Source: Candidatus Sericytochromatia bacterium | GTDB lineage: Bacteria > Cyanobacteriota > Sericytochromatia > S15B-MN24 > JAQBPE01 | Length of the DNA: 64,000 nucleotides | NCBI GenBank assembly: GCA_035285125.1 | Contig: JAYKHR010000045.1 | Coordinates: forward strand, 192,001 to 256,000 | Reading direction: 5' to 3' | Part shown: one piece after another, positions 17,974 to 27,529 of the stretch | Position numbering within the stretch: position 1 is the first letter of the stretch | How the letters are laid out: each line of letters begins with the position of its first letter | Position numbers and translations under genes: made by a program | The notes under the pieces: generated by a model | What the model saw: only the letters and a program-made list of their open reading frames with translations | Database searches by the model: none | What the model was told of the DNA's origin: nothing

Positions 17974-18112
17974 GTGGCGCAGGTGACCCTCCGTGAGCAC
18001 CAATGTACCACCCGCGGCCGTGATTGGCTCAAGGTTGCCAGGGGTGTTGTAGGCTCGCCTGCGCGCTCTTATACTGGGACCCGGCAAGGCTGCGTGACCG
18101 CAAGGAGCCCCC

Positions 18113-19279
18113 ATGGACGCCCACCTCCGCGAGCTCCTCGACCTCGTCGTGCGCTGGGTCCACCTGATCGCCGGCATCATGTGGGTGGGCAACTCGATGC
18201 TCTGGAACTGGCTCGATCGGAACCTCGAGCCGCCCCCGGCGGACCGCCCGCTCGAGGAAGGGACCATCTGGATGGTCCACAGCGGTGGCTTCTACGAGAT
18301 GCGCAAGCGCCAGCTGGAGCCTCACCAGATGCCCGCGCGGCTGCACTGGTTCTGGCTGCAGGCCACCACCACCTGGGTGTCGGGCATCCTGCTGCTCGTG
18401 GTCGTCTACTACCTCGGGGGCAAGGCGGCGCTCGTCGACGCCCAGCTCGCCGACATGACGCAGGTGCAGGCCGTCGGCCTGAGCGTCGCCCTGCTGGTGG
18501 GCAGCTGGGCGTGCTACGACGTGCTCTGGCGATCGCCCCTGGGCAAGCGCCCGGCGCTGGCTGCCGGGGTGTCCGGGCTGGCCCTGGTCGGGCTGGCCTG
18601 GGCCCTCACCCACCTGTTCAACGGCCAGGCTGCCTTCCTGCACATGGGCGCCATCCTGGGCACCTTGATGGTCTCCAACGTGTGGCAGCACATCTTGCCG
18701 TCGCAGCGGGAGCTCGTGAGACTCACGCAGGCCGGCAAGCGCCAGGAGGCCGCGCTCGGGAAGGCGGCCAAGACCCGCTCCATCCACAACAACTACATGA
18801 CCTTCCCGGTGCTGTTCACGATGCTCTCGGGCCACTACCCGAGCACCTACAGCGGGCCTCACGCGTGGCTCGTGCTGGTGGTGGTCATGCTCACGGGGGC
18901 GGGCGTGCGGCACGTCATGAATGTCCGCTTCACGTGGCCGGCCTGGCGGCCAGCCCTGGCGGCGACCTTGGTGGTCGGCTTCGGGCTGATCTGGGCGATC
19001 ACGCGGCCGGCCCCTGTGGTAACCGGAGGCCAGCCGGTGGTCTGGGCCGAGGTCGCCCCGGTCCTGCAGCGCCACTGCGTCAGCTGCCACGCCCAGCGGC
19101 CAGGCCAGCCGGCGCCCCCCAGGGGCGTGGCCCTCGACACGCTCGAAGGGGCCCAGCGCGCCGGGGATCGCATCTTGAGCCAGGCGGTGCGCGCCCGCGC
19201 CATGCCGCCCGGCAACGCCACGGGCATGACTGACGCGGAGCGCCAGTTGCTCGGGCGCTGGCTCTCGTCGCCGCGCTGA
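18113..19279 (+). CDS. puuD: Membrane urate hydroxylase with C-terminal cytochrome c
   Basis: RWVHLIAGIMWVGNS, WMVHSGGFY, LHWFW.QA..TW.SG, RSIHNNYMTFPVLFTMLS.HYP, CVSCH, MPPGN.TGMT. Confidence 0.88.
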   Translation: MDAHLRELLDLVVRWVHLIAGIMWVGNSMLWNWLDRNLEPPPADRPLEEGTIWMVHSGGFYEMRKRQLEPHQMPARLHWFWLQATTTWVSGILLLVVVYYLGGKAALVDAQLADMTQVQAVGLSVALLVGSWACYDVLWRSPLGKRPALAAGVSGLALVGLAWALTHLFNGQAAFLHMGAILGTLMVSNVWQHILPSQRELVRLTQAGKRQEAALGKAAKTRSIHNNYMTFPVLFTMLSGHYPSTYSGPHAWLVLVVVMLTGAGVRHVMNVRFTWPAWRPALAATLVVGFGLIWAITRPAPVVTGGQPVVWAEVAPVLQRHCVSCHAQRPGQPAPPRGVALDTLEGAQRAGDRILSQAVRARAMPPGNATGMTDAERQLLGRWLSSPR

Positions 19280-19290
19280 GCGGGCGACGC

Positions 19291-19830
19291 TCAGGGCGTG
19301 ACGGGCAGCTTGTCCGCCAGGTCCTGCAACAGCTTGATGTCAGCCTTCTGGTCGAACACCCAGCGCGTGCGGGTCTTCGTGTCGAAGTTCTCCAGCCGCG
19401 TCCGCTGCTCGACGGGGGTGTAGGCCTCCTGGCCCTGCTGGCCCTCGACCTTCCACTTCGTCTCGCTGAGGGTCTCGGCCTGGGTCACGACGGTCTTCTG
19501 GGTGACGGCCCGGGCACCCTGGTAGGGCGTTGCCACCACCGGCTGCGCGGCCTTCACGCCGCCGGGCACGACGGTCGAGCCGCGCACGAATTCGTCGAAG
19601 CCGAGCCCGCCGTGCTGCACGGCGAAGGCCTCCCACCGGGTGCGGGTCTCGGTCTCGAGCCCCGTCAGCCTGTTTTGCTGGGTCACGGCCTTGGCTGCGC
19701 CCTGCTGGACCTCCCAGCGCGTGGCCGTCTCGGTCTCGGCGGCCGTCACCTTGGTGGTCTGCTGCGTGGGAAGCAGCGCCTGCACCAGGCTCTTGTAGAA
19801 GGGGGAGGGGGTGGTGGTGGGGGTGGGCAT
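19291..19830 (-). CDS. Thr-rich hypothetical protein with four ETxTxTRW-type repeats
   Basis: GAGAGG RBS; repeats ETETATRWE / ETETRTRWE / ETLSETKWK / DTKTRTRWV. Confidence 0.75.
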   Translation of the reverse strand: MPTPTTTPSPFYKSLVQALLPTQQTTKVTAAETETATRWEVQQGAAKAVTQQNRLTGLETETRTRWEAFAVQHGGLGFDEFVRGSTVVPGGVKAAQPVVATPYQGARAVTQKTVVTQAETLSETKWKVEGQQGQEAYTPVEQRTRLENFDTKTRTRWVFDQKADIKLLQDLADKLPVTP

Positions 19831-20058
19831 CGCAGCAACCTCTCATCGCGTCACGCAGGAGTTGTCGCCACCCAGGGCCCTCACCTGGTTCACAAGAGGT
19901 TCACTGAAGTTAAAGACTTGATTAATGATCTGACGCCGGCGGACGGAGGAAAGGACAATTTAAGAGGACCTTAATGACTATAGCCGGGCCTGTTGGTGGG
20001 CCGTTGGCGGCGAGGCCGACCTCGACCCTGTCCTGCTCCGTCAGTCCGAGGTGTCCCC

Positions 20059-20502
20059 GTGTCGCCCATCAACGCCCTGTCGCCCATTCCCCTCCCCGCG
20101 CGTCGCCGGGGGGCTCCGCTGCCCGTCGCCCAACCCGCCGGGGGGGCTGCCCCCCGGGCCGTTGTCGCCACCGCGGCGCATGGCTACCCCGGCTACCCGA
20201 CCTACCCGTACTACCCCTACCAGCCCAGCCTGGGCAACGGCTTGGCCCAGATCGGGCGCGGCCTGTGGGAGGTGGTGTCGTGGACCGCCTGCGTGGCGAT
20301 GGTGCCGCTGCGGTTCGGCTGGGAGGTCGCCGTCGGCGTCGTGGGCCTCGCGTGGGAGGCGCTGGCCGCCGTCGGCCGCGGCCTGCGGTCGTTCTTCGAT
20401 CCGGGATACGGCTACCACCCGGGGTACCCGACCTACCCCACCTACCCGCCCTATCCGCCGTATCCGACCCACCCCTACCACCCGATGGCTCGCGGGGAGT
20501 GA
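20059..20502 (+). CDS. Tyr/Pro-rich hypothetical protein with central hydrophobic segment
   Basis: GTG start after GAGGTG; YPx repeats on both sides of a hydrophobic core. Confidence 0.65.
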   Translation: MSPINALSPIPLPARRRGAPLPVAQPAGGAAPRAVVATAAHGYPGYPTYPYYPYQPSLGNGLAQIGRGLWEVVSWTACVAMVPLRFGWEVAVGVVGLAWEALAAVGRGLRSFFDPGYGYHPGYPTYPTYPPYPPYPTHPYHPMARGE

Positions 20503-20737
20503 CGGACGCGACCGCGCGAGGTCGGGTCGCCGGCTTTGCCTTGACGTGGCCGTCGCCCTGGCCGGGTTCGCGGGTGGCCCCCCATCACCCTCCAGTTGCC
20601 CGCCACACGGGGCGGGCCCCAGGCCCCAGGACCGTCCGGGCCAGGGTTCCCGGGCCCCCTGCCCCGACGGCCTCACGGACCCCTGCTCCCAACGGGAGCA
20701 GGGGTCCGCTTGCTCCGGGCTGCAACCAGGTGGTATT

Positions 20738-20767
20738 TTTAACCTGGTTTTATTCTTATTTTAACAA
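20738..20767 (+). promoter_or_regulatory. Three tandem YTTAAYYT-like boxes (8-3-8-3-8)
   Basis: TTTAACCT-GGT-TTTATTCT-TAT-TTTAACAA just upstream of the S8 gene. Confidence 0.55.
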
Positions 20768-20777
20768 GGTCCTGCCG

Positions 20778-21992
20778 ATGCGCCGCCTCCTGCCCCTCCT
20801 TACCGGCCTGCTCACCGCCTGCACCACCCAGGCCCCGCTCCCTGGCGGGCTCGAGCGGGTGACGGGCGGCTCGCAAGCCGCCGCCCGGGCTGCCCAGGAG
20901 CTGATCGTCGGGCTGCACCCGGGGCGGCAGCCTCAGGCCCTGACGCAGCGCCTCGGCGCCCGCACCGTGCGGCGCCTGGAGGCCCTGGGGGCCGTGGTGA
21001 TGACGGCCCCCGACCGCGACGCCGCCGTGGCGGCCCTTCGGCAGGACCCTGCCGTGCGGTGGGTCGAGCCGAACGGCGTGGTGAAGCTGCCGCCGCTGAC
21101 GCGCGAGGCCCCTCGCCTGCCGCTGGGCTCGGCCACGGGTGGCGACCCGCTGCTGGAGCAGCAGTGGGCCCTGCCGCGCATCGAGGCGTCGGGCGCCTGG
21201 GCCGTGACGACGGGGAGCCCGAAGGTCACCGTCGCCGTGGTCGACACGGGCATCTACTACAAGCACCCCGAGTTCGGCGACCGTGTGGACCCGGGATTCG
21301 ACTTCATCAACCGCGACTACGATGCGCGGGACGACATGATGCACGGCACCCACTGCGCGGGCATCATCGGCGCCGGCCTCGACGACGGCCACGGCATCGC
21401 GGGCGTGGCACCCGGCGTGCGCCTGCTGGCCGTGAAGGTGATGGACCAGGTCGGCGAGGGCACCTGGGCGAACATCGCCGACGGCATCGTGTACGCGGCC
21501 CAGGCGGGCGTGCCGATCATGAACCTCAGCCTCGGCGCGCCCAACGCCTCCTACACGCTCAAGCAGGCCGTCGCCTACGCCGTGAAGGCCGGCGTGCTCG
21601 TGGTCGCCGCGATGGGCAACGAGGCCACGGACGCGCCCTCCTACCCGGCCGCCTACCCGGGCGTGCTGGCCGTGGGCGCCACGAAGGCCGACGACACCAA
21701 GGCGGGCTTCTCGAACGAGGGGCCCCACCTCTCCGTGGTGGCGCCGGGCCACCGCGTCCTTTCCACTGTGCTGTACGGCAAGTACGAGGCCGTGTCAGGC
21801 ACCTCCATGGCGGCCCCGCACGTGGCGGGCCTGGCGGCCCTCGTGAAGGCCCAGCACCCCGACTGGCCGGCCGCCCGGATCAAGGCGCACCTCGAGGCGA
21901 CGGCCGACGACCTCGGCGAGCCGGGCTTCGATCCGCGCTTCGGCCACGGCCGCATCAACGCCCGCCGCGCCCTGGCGCCCACGGCCCGCTGA
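20778..21992 (+). CDS. Subtilisin-like S8 serine protease, lipoprotein (paralog of 7133)
   Basis: Lipobox LLTAC; VVDTG / MHGTH / SGTSMAAP. Confidence 0.92.
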   Translation: MRRLLPLLTGLLTACTTQAPLPGGLERVTGGSQAAARAAQELIVGLHPGRQPQALTQRLGARTVRRLEALGAVVMTAPDRDAAVAALRQDPAVRWVEPNGVVKLPPLTREAPRLPLGSATGGDPLLEQQWALPRIEASGAWAVTTGSPKVTVAVVDTGIYYKHPEFGDRVDPGFDFINRDYDARDDMMHGTHCAGIIGAGLDDGHGIAGVAPGVRLLAVKVMDQVGEGTWANIADGIVYAAQAGVPIMNLSLGAPNASYTLKQAVAYAVKAGVLVVAAMGNEATDAPSYPAAYPGVLAVGATKADDTKAGFSNEGPHLSVVAPGHRVLSTVLYGKYEAVSGTSMAAPHVAGLAALVKAQHPDWPAARIKAHLEATADDLGEPGFDPRFGHGRINARRALAPTAR

Positions 21993-21996
21993 GGCG

Positions 21997-22191
21997 TCAG
22001 CCGCCCTCGGCCTCGTCGGCGAGGGGCTCGCAGGCGAGCACCGTGACGGACGTGCCGAGCTGGTTGCCCAGCGCCGCCTCCAGGCCCTCGATCAGGCGCC
22101 AGAGCTCTGCCTGCACGATCTTGCGGGCCCGGACCTCGTCATCCGGGCCCTCGAACCGAGTTTCGATCAGGGCGTCGAGCTTCCAGCGCAT
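21997..22191 (-). CDS. Small hypothetical protein
   Basis: MRWKLDALIETRF..., 64 aa, follows the AIM24 gene. Confidence 0.55.
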   Translation of the reverse strand: MRWKLDALIETRFEGPDDEVRARKIVQAELWRLIEGLEAALGNQLGTSVTVLACEPLADEAEGG

Positions 22192-22202
22192 GGCCGTGGG
22201 GC

Positions 22203-23042
22203 TCAGCCCTCGTCGTCGCCGCCGAACATGCCGCCGAGCAGCGCCCCTGCCCCACCGAGCAGCGCCCCGCCCACGGCGGCCTCGGGGCTCGTGGGGGCCG
22301 CGGCCGCCGCGCCCTGCGGCTTCGGCAGCAGGCTGTACACCCAGTTCGAGAAGGCCTCCGGGTTGCGCGTCTGCAGCCAGACGGTGCCCGGGCCCGTGAA
22401 CTTCATGACCAGGCCCTCGCCCGTCGTCACGGAGTTGAGGCCGCGCTTCAGGAAGCCGCCCTGCTCGGAGGCCATCCCGACGTCCATCGCCATGCCCTCC
22501 TCGTAGGCCACGAGGTGCCCCGAGTCGACGGTGTAGCGCTCGCCGGGCTGCAGCTTTTTCTCGTGGATGGCGCCGAAGGAGGTCAGGAACACGGGGCCGC
22601 GCCCCGAGACCTTCAGGAAGAACAGGCTCTCGCCGCCGACGAGGTTCTTGATGCCGCCGCCGAGGTCGATCTTGGTGTCCACCTCCACCGTCATGGCGCT
22701 CGCGAGGTAGGATCCGGCCTGCACCAGCAGGGCGCGGCCGTCGAGGGGCATCGCCACGATGTCGCCGGGGGTGCTGGGGGCCAGCGTGACCTCGCCGGGG
22801 GCCTGATCGGCCCGCACCGTCGTCACGAAGAAGCTCTCGCCGCCGAGCACCTTGCGCTTCAGCGCACCGAAGGCCGAGCCGAGCAGGCCCTTGTTCTCGC
22901 TGCCGCCGTTCATCTTGGCCTCGAGCACGAGGTCCGACGACATGCTCACCATCGCGCCCGACTCGCAGCGGATCTCCTCGCCGCGTTCGAGGTGCACGAC
23001 GGCCAGCGAGTAGGACGGTTGGTAGGCGATCTCGTAACGCAT
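22203..23042 (-). CDS. TIGR00266/AIM24-family protein
   Basis: ESGAMVSMS, GGESFF, GGESLF, SFGAI, VDSGHLVA, GEGLVMKFTGPGTVWLQTRN. Confidence 0.92.
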   Translation of the reverse strand: MRYEIAYQPSYSLAVVHLERGEEIRCESGAMVSMSSDLVLEAKMNGGSENKGLLGSAFGALKRKVLGGESFFVTTVRADQAPGEVTLAPSTPGDIVAMPLDGRALLVQAGSYLASAMTVEVDTKIDLGGGIKNLVGGESLFFLKVSGRGPVFLTSFGAIHEKKLQPGERYTVDSGHLVAYEEGMAMDVGMASEQGGFLKRGLNSVTTGEGLVMKFTGPGTVWLQTRNPEAFSNWVYSLLPKPQGAAAAAPTSPEAAVGGALLGGAGALLGGMFGGDDEG

Positions 23043-23124
23043 GGCACGCTCCTTTGGATGCAGGCAACGGTGCCATTCTAGGAGGCCGGGGGGTGGCGCG
23101 CAACCTCGCGTGCCGCCCGCCTGA

Positions 23125-23622
23125 TCACTCGAAGTAGGCCGTCGGCACCTCGGGCCCCGGGCGCCACGTCACGGGGCGCAGCAGCAGCCCACCCCCGATG
23201 CCGTGCGTCCGCCACCCCAGCAGCGGCAGGCCATGCAGCGTGCTCCAGGGGTGACGCCGGAGCCGCATCGTGATGGCGGGCAGCCCGTCGCCTGCGTCCA
23301 CCACCAGGCGGTAGGGGGCCTCCGGGAAGCGCTGGTCGATCGCGAGGCCGGCCTCCTGCAGCCGCGCGTGGCGCTCGGGCACGATCGCGCCCCCCTCGAC
23401 GGCCGCCGCGAGGCCAGCCGCGAAGGCGCGCAACACCTCGCCCTCCGCCTCGTCCCGCAGCAGGGGCGAGCCCGCCAGCGCCACGAAGCCGAGGCGCACG
23501 CGCACCTGGCGCAGCGCCTCGTCGAGGCGCTCGCCGGCAGGCCGCACCGGTGCGGCGCCCGCGGCGGCCTGCAGCGCCAGCGTCAGCCCGATCCACCAGC
23601 CGAGCAGCCTGCCTGGGGCCAT
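23125..23622 (-). CDS. Exported hypothetical protein
   Basis: Signal-peptide-like N-terminus; tightly packed in the operon. Confidence 0.55.
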   Translation of the reverse strand: MAPGRLLGWWIGLTLALQAAAGAAPVRPAGERLDEALRQVRVRLGFVALAGSPLLRDEAEGEVLRAFAAGLAAAVEGGAIVPERHARLQEAGLAIDQRFPEAPYRLVVDAGDGLPAITMRLRRHPWSTLHGLPLLGWRTHGIGGGLLLRPVTWRPGPEVPTAYFE

Positions 23623-23625
23623 CGC

Positions 23626-23955
23626 TCAGCCCCCCTGCAGCCGCTTGCGCATGGCCTGGTAGTCCTCCCAGGCCGACGGCCCCCCCCCGAGGACCGCCTC
23701 GTCCGACACCTCCTTGAGGCGCTCGGCCAGGTGGCGCTCCAGCTTGGGAGCCTTGGGGCGCGGGGGGTTCGGTGCCGGGCGGCCCCCCCCGCGCGTGAAG
23801 CGGTCCGTGGTGTCTCGCCCGGCCAGGTGCTCCGGCAGCTCGACCTCCGGCGCGGGCTGTGGCGCAGCTGGCCGGGGCCGCCGCGTCACCTCCAGGTGGT
23901 CGCGCACCTCGCCCAGGGCGGCCCGCAGGTGGGGCTCCAGCTCGTCCTCGCTCAC
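23626..23955 (-). CDS. Hypothetical protein
   Basis: GTG start overlapping the upstream stop (GTGA). Confidence 0.6.
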   Translation of the reverse strand: MSEDELEPHLRAALGEVRDHLEVTRRPRPAAPQPAPEVELPEHLAGRDTTDRFTRGGGRPAPNPPRPKAPKLERHLAERLKEVSDEAVLGGGPSAWEDYQAMRKRLQGG

Positions 23956-24233
23956 CGTGCCTCCCCCGGGCCCACGCCCGCCTCCAGCCCGTAGATGGCC
24001 AGGTAGCGGTCCACCCGCGCCTGCAGCGTCGGCAGCGGGGCGACCTCCAGGCAGACCCAGTCGGGCTGGTAGCCCCGGCACACCGCCGGCCGCGACTCGT
24101 AGATGGTGCACAGGCAGTCCGCCCCCAGGTGGCGGCAGCGCTCGCCGAGCGCCTTGCCCAGGGTGCTGATGTCGGGCGCGACGCAGCACGCCCCGCAGGC
24201 CAGACAGTCCAGCTTCGCCTCGCTGGCCGTCAC
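23952..24233 (-). CDS. YkgJ-family CxxCxxCC protein
   Basis: CLACGACC, RCRHL, CTIYESRPAVCRGY. Confidence 0.88.
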   Translation of the reverse strand: MTASEAKLDCLACGACCVAPDISTLGKALGERCRHLGADCLCTIYESRPAVCRGYQPDWVCLEVAPLPTLQARVDRYLAIYGLEAGVGPGEAR

Positions 24234-26323
24234 TCCCCCCCCTCGATGAGCTGGGGCTGGCCCCCGCCCGTCAGCGGGGTGGGCTCTTCACGGGGTGCGG
24301 CCTCCGTCGGCGGCGGCGGCACCGGCGTCGGCTCCAGCGTGGGCAGGGGCTCGGCCAGCGGCGACCCCTGCAGCACGGGCAGCTCCGGCTGGGCCTCGGT
24401 GGGCGGTGGCGTCGGCGTGGCGAAGGTTGGCTCCACGGGCAGGCTGCCTGCGGGATCGGCCGAGGCACTGGCGGTGGCCTCCGGGTCGGCGGCCGCGGCC
24501 ATGGCCAGGCCCCGGACCGGCAGGCCCCGGTGGGCCGCGCGCATGAAGCGAGACCAGAGAGGGGCCGCGAGCTGGCCGCCGGTGGCCGTGCGGCCCAGGC
24601 GCGAGTTGTCGTCGTTGCCCAGCCACACGACGCAGGCGAGGTCGGGGGTGTAGCCCGCGAACCACGTGTCGCGGTTCTCGCTGGTCGTGCCCGTCTTGCC
24701 GCCCGCCGGGCGACCGATGTTGGCGCCGGCCCCCGTGCCGTAGGTGACGACGCCCGCGAGGCAGCGGTGCAGGGACGCCACGGCATCCGCCGGGAACACG
24801 GGGGCCCCGCTCGTCATCGTCTGTTCGATCAGCTGCCCCGCCTGGTCTTCGACCCGCGAGATGAGGTGCGGCTCCGCGTAGGTGCCGTCCGCAGCCAGCG
24901 TGGCGTAGGCCCCCGCGAGCTCCAGCGGGGTCACCTCGGCCGACCCCAGCGCCACCGAGAGCTCTGGCGGCAACGGGCTGGTGATGCCCGCGAGGCGGGC
25001 CGTCTTGATCACCTCGTCGATGCCGACCTGGTACGCGACGCGGACGGCCGGGACGTTGTACGAGAAGGCCAGCGCGCGCTCGTAGGACACGCTGCCGTGG
25101 AAGCGGTGGTCGTAGTTCAGGGGCTTGTAGCCGTCGAAGTTCGCCGGGGCGTCCTCGACCATGGAGGCGGGCCCGAAGCCCTTCACGAAGGCGGCCAGGT
25201 ACACGAAAGGCTTGAACGTGGAGCCCGGCTGGCGGTGGGCCTGAACGGCGCGGTTGAACTGGCTGGCGTCGTAGCTGGTGCCGCCCACGAGCGCCCGCAC
25301 CGCCCCGGTGCCGGGCTCGACCGCCACCAGGGCCCCCTGGCCGACCTTGAAGCCGCGGGCGCTCGCCACGCCGGTGCGGATCAGCCGCTCGGCCTCCTCC
25401 TGAAGCCCGAGGTCCATCGTGGTATGGATGCGCAGCGCCCCGCGTTCGACGAGGTCGCGCCCGAGCCGCTCCGTCAGGAGGCTCAGCACGTGGCTCGTGA
25501 AGTACGGGGCGCGGTAGGCGTAGTCCGGCGTGTTCGCGAAGCGCAGCTTTCGCGCGGCGGCCTTCTCGGCCTCGGCGGGGTCGAGGTAGCGGGCGTCGAC
25601 CATCCGCTGCAGCACCACCTTGCGCCACTGCTCGGCCACCTCCGGCTTGCGGTAGGGCGACCGGTACTCGGGCGCCGGCAGCAGCGCGGCCAGCTGGGCA
25701 GCCTCTGCGACCTCGAGATCCCTCGCCTTTTTGCCGAAGTATTTACGGGTGGCTGACTCGACCCCGTAGGCACCATGACCGAAATACACCTGGTTGAGAT
25801 ACATCTCGAGGATCTTGCGCTTGGGCAAGGTGCGCTCCAACTGCAGGGCCAGCCACATGTCGGCGACCTTGCGGCTGACGGTGCGGTCCGCGCTCAGGAA
25901 CAGGTTCTTGGCGAGCTGCTGCGTGATGGTGCTGCCGCCGCCCCGCTCGCCGCGCGTGAAGAGCGCCCTGGCGAGGCCCCTGGGGTCGAGCCCGTGGTGG
26001 TCGTAGAAGCGGATGTCCTCGGCAGCGATCACGGCCTGCTGGACGGCCGGGGCGATCTCGTCGAGCGGCACGATCTCACGGTTCTCGCCGTTTTGCAGGC
26101 TGGCGACCACCCGCCCGTGGCGATCAAAGATGGTGGTGGCGCCCGTGGGCCGGGCCGCGAGCAGGCGCTCGACGGGGGGGATGTGCCACACCATGAACCC
26201 CACGCCGGTGGCGAGGCCTGCCACGCTCGTGGCGCCGAGCAATGCGGCCGCGAGGAGCCAGCGCTTGAGGCGGGAAGGCCCCCGGCGCGAGGGCGGTTGG
26301 CGGCGTCGAGAGGTTCGCGGCAT
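24230..26323 (-). CDS. Class A penicillin-binding protein (PBP1A family)
   Basis: EDIRFYDHHG, GGSTITQQLAKN, RQPGSTFKPF, SYN, KTG. Confidence 0.95.
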   Translation of the reverse strand: MPRTSRRRQPPSRRGPSRLKRWLLAAALLGATSVAGLATGVGFMVWHIPPVERLLAARPTGATTIFDRHGRVVASLQNGENREIVPLDEIAPAVQQAVIAAEDIRFYDHHGLDPRGLARALFTRGERGGGSTITQQLAKNLFLSADRTVSRKVADMWLALQLERTLPKRKILEMYLNQVYFGHGAYGVESATRKYFGKKARDLEVAEAAQLAALLPAPEYRSPYRKPEVAEQWRKVVLQRMVDARYLDPAEAEKAAARKLRFANTPDYAYRAPYFTSHVLSLLTERLGRDLVERGALRIHTTMDLGLQEEAERLIRTGVASARGFKVGQGALVAVEPGTGAVRALVGGTSYDASQFNRAVQAHRQPGSTFKPFVYLAAFVKGFGPASMVEDAPANFDGYKPLNYDHRFHGSVSYERALAFSYNVPAVRVAYQVGIDEVIKTARLAGITSPLPPELSVALGSAEVTPLELAGAYATLAADGTYAEPHLISRVEDQAGQLIEQTMTSGAPVFPADAVASLHRCLAGVVTYGTGAGANIGRPAGGKTGTTSENRDTWFAGYTPDLACVVWLGNDDNSRLGRTATGGQLAAPLWSRFMRAAHRGLPVRGLAMAAAADPEATASASADPAGSLPVEPTFATPTPPPTEAQPELPVLQGSPLAEPLPTLEPTPVPPPPTEAAPREEPTPLTGGGQPQLIEGGE

Positions 26324-26496
26324 CTGAGTCGTGGCCCGCGCGGGCGCGCGGCAAGGGGGGGAGGCCCGCCATTATACCCGATGCGGTTCCGGCAGGCCTG
26401 CCAGGCGGCGTCGGGCCGCCGTTGGCGCCGCAACCGATCACCGATCACCGATCCGCGGCGCTGCGCGGGGTATGGATCAAGTCAGGCTTGCGGAAC

Positions 26497-27336
26497 ATGA
26501 GGAAAACCTGGATCTCTCGCCAAGCGGCGCTGGTGGCCGCCTGTCTCGCCGTCGTGCTCGCCGCTGGGCCAGCGGCGGCCGAGGCCCCCATGTGCGTGAT
26601 GTGCGGCAAGGAAATCGGCCCTGGCCGCTACGTGCAGGACCAGTGGCGGGCCAACTTCCACCTCCAGCACCAGAACGCCCCGCGCTGCTACTACTGCGCG
26701 CGGGCCATCTCGCCCTTCAACACGGGGGGGGGCGTGCGCTACCCCGGCGGCCGGGAGGTGTGCAACGTGTGCCACCAGACGGCCATCACCGACCAGGGCC
26801 AGGCTGAGGCCGCCATGGAGCGGGTCCGGGCCCGCATGACCGCCTGGGGGCTGAGCTTCGACTACGGCCAGATCCCGGTGCGGCTCGTGGAGCAGGGCAC
26901 GCTCAACGCGATGTACGGCCGCGGCAACGCGATGCATGACGGCAACATCAACGGCCTCACGACCAAGCGCTGGACCAAGGACGACAAGGGCCGCGTGCTG
27001 GCCCGCGAGGTCACCATATCCATGCTGCGCGGGCTGCCGCTCGAGGTCTACGAGAAGACGATGGCCCATGAGCTCATGCACGCCTGGATGTTCCTCGACC
27101 GCCAGCCCGAGCACGATCCGGCCCTCGAAGAGGGCGTGTGCAACCTGGCGGCCTACTACGTGCTGCAGGAGAACGACAACGAGCTCGCCGACTTCACGCG
27201 CGAGGCGATGTGGCGCTCCCGTGACCCGGTCTACGGCGGCGGCCTGCGGCGCGCCATCGCCTTCGTGCGGCGCCACGAGTTCCCTGGCCTCGTGAAGATG
27301 CTGCGTGATCACCGGGACTTCCCGCCGGGGTTCTGA
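26497..27336 (+). CDS. Exported LIM-like Zn-finger plus DA1-type metallopeptidase
   Basis: Signal peptide; CVMC..H..H..CYYC..CNVC; AHELMHAW, EEGVCN, DPVYGGG. Confidence 0.82.
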   Translation: MRKTWISRQAALVAACLAVVLAAGPAAAEAPMCVMCGKEIGPGRYVQDQWRANFHLQHQNAPRCYYCARAISPFNTGGGVRYPGGREVCNVCHQTAITDQGQAEAAMERVRARMTAWGLSFDYGQIPVRLVEQGTLNAMYGRGNAMHDGNINGLTTKRWTKDDKGRVLAREVTISMLRGLPLEVYEKTMAHELMHAWMFLDRQPEHDPALEEGVCNLAAYYVLQENDNELADFTREAMWRSRDPVYGGGLRRAIAFVRRHEFPGLVKMLRDHRDFPPGF

Positions 27337-27529
27337 GCCGGCCCTGCTCCCTCGGTCGGCTGGATCAAAGCGCCTGCGACGGCGATAATGGCTTGGCCGG
27401 CAACCTCCCGCAAGGCGCGGGTGGGAACGCTCCCCCCTCTGGCCGGCTCGGCGCGCTGAGCGGCTTTTGAGCAGGCCTTCACGCCTCGCCACACCACGCC
27501 ACGACCTCAGCCCCCTGACTCCATTGCCC

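Noticed and set aside
27337..27529. Riboswitch upstream of hutI (GGCAACC..GCAAGG resembles SAM-family cores)
   Set aside because: Could not build the required P1/P2 pairings or conserved junctions by eye; needs an Rfam scan
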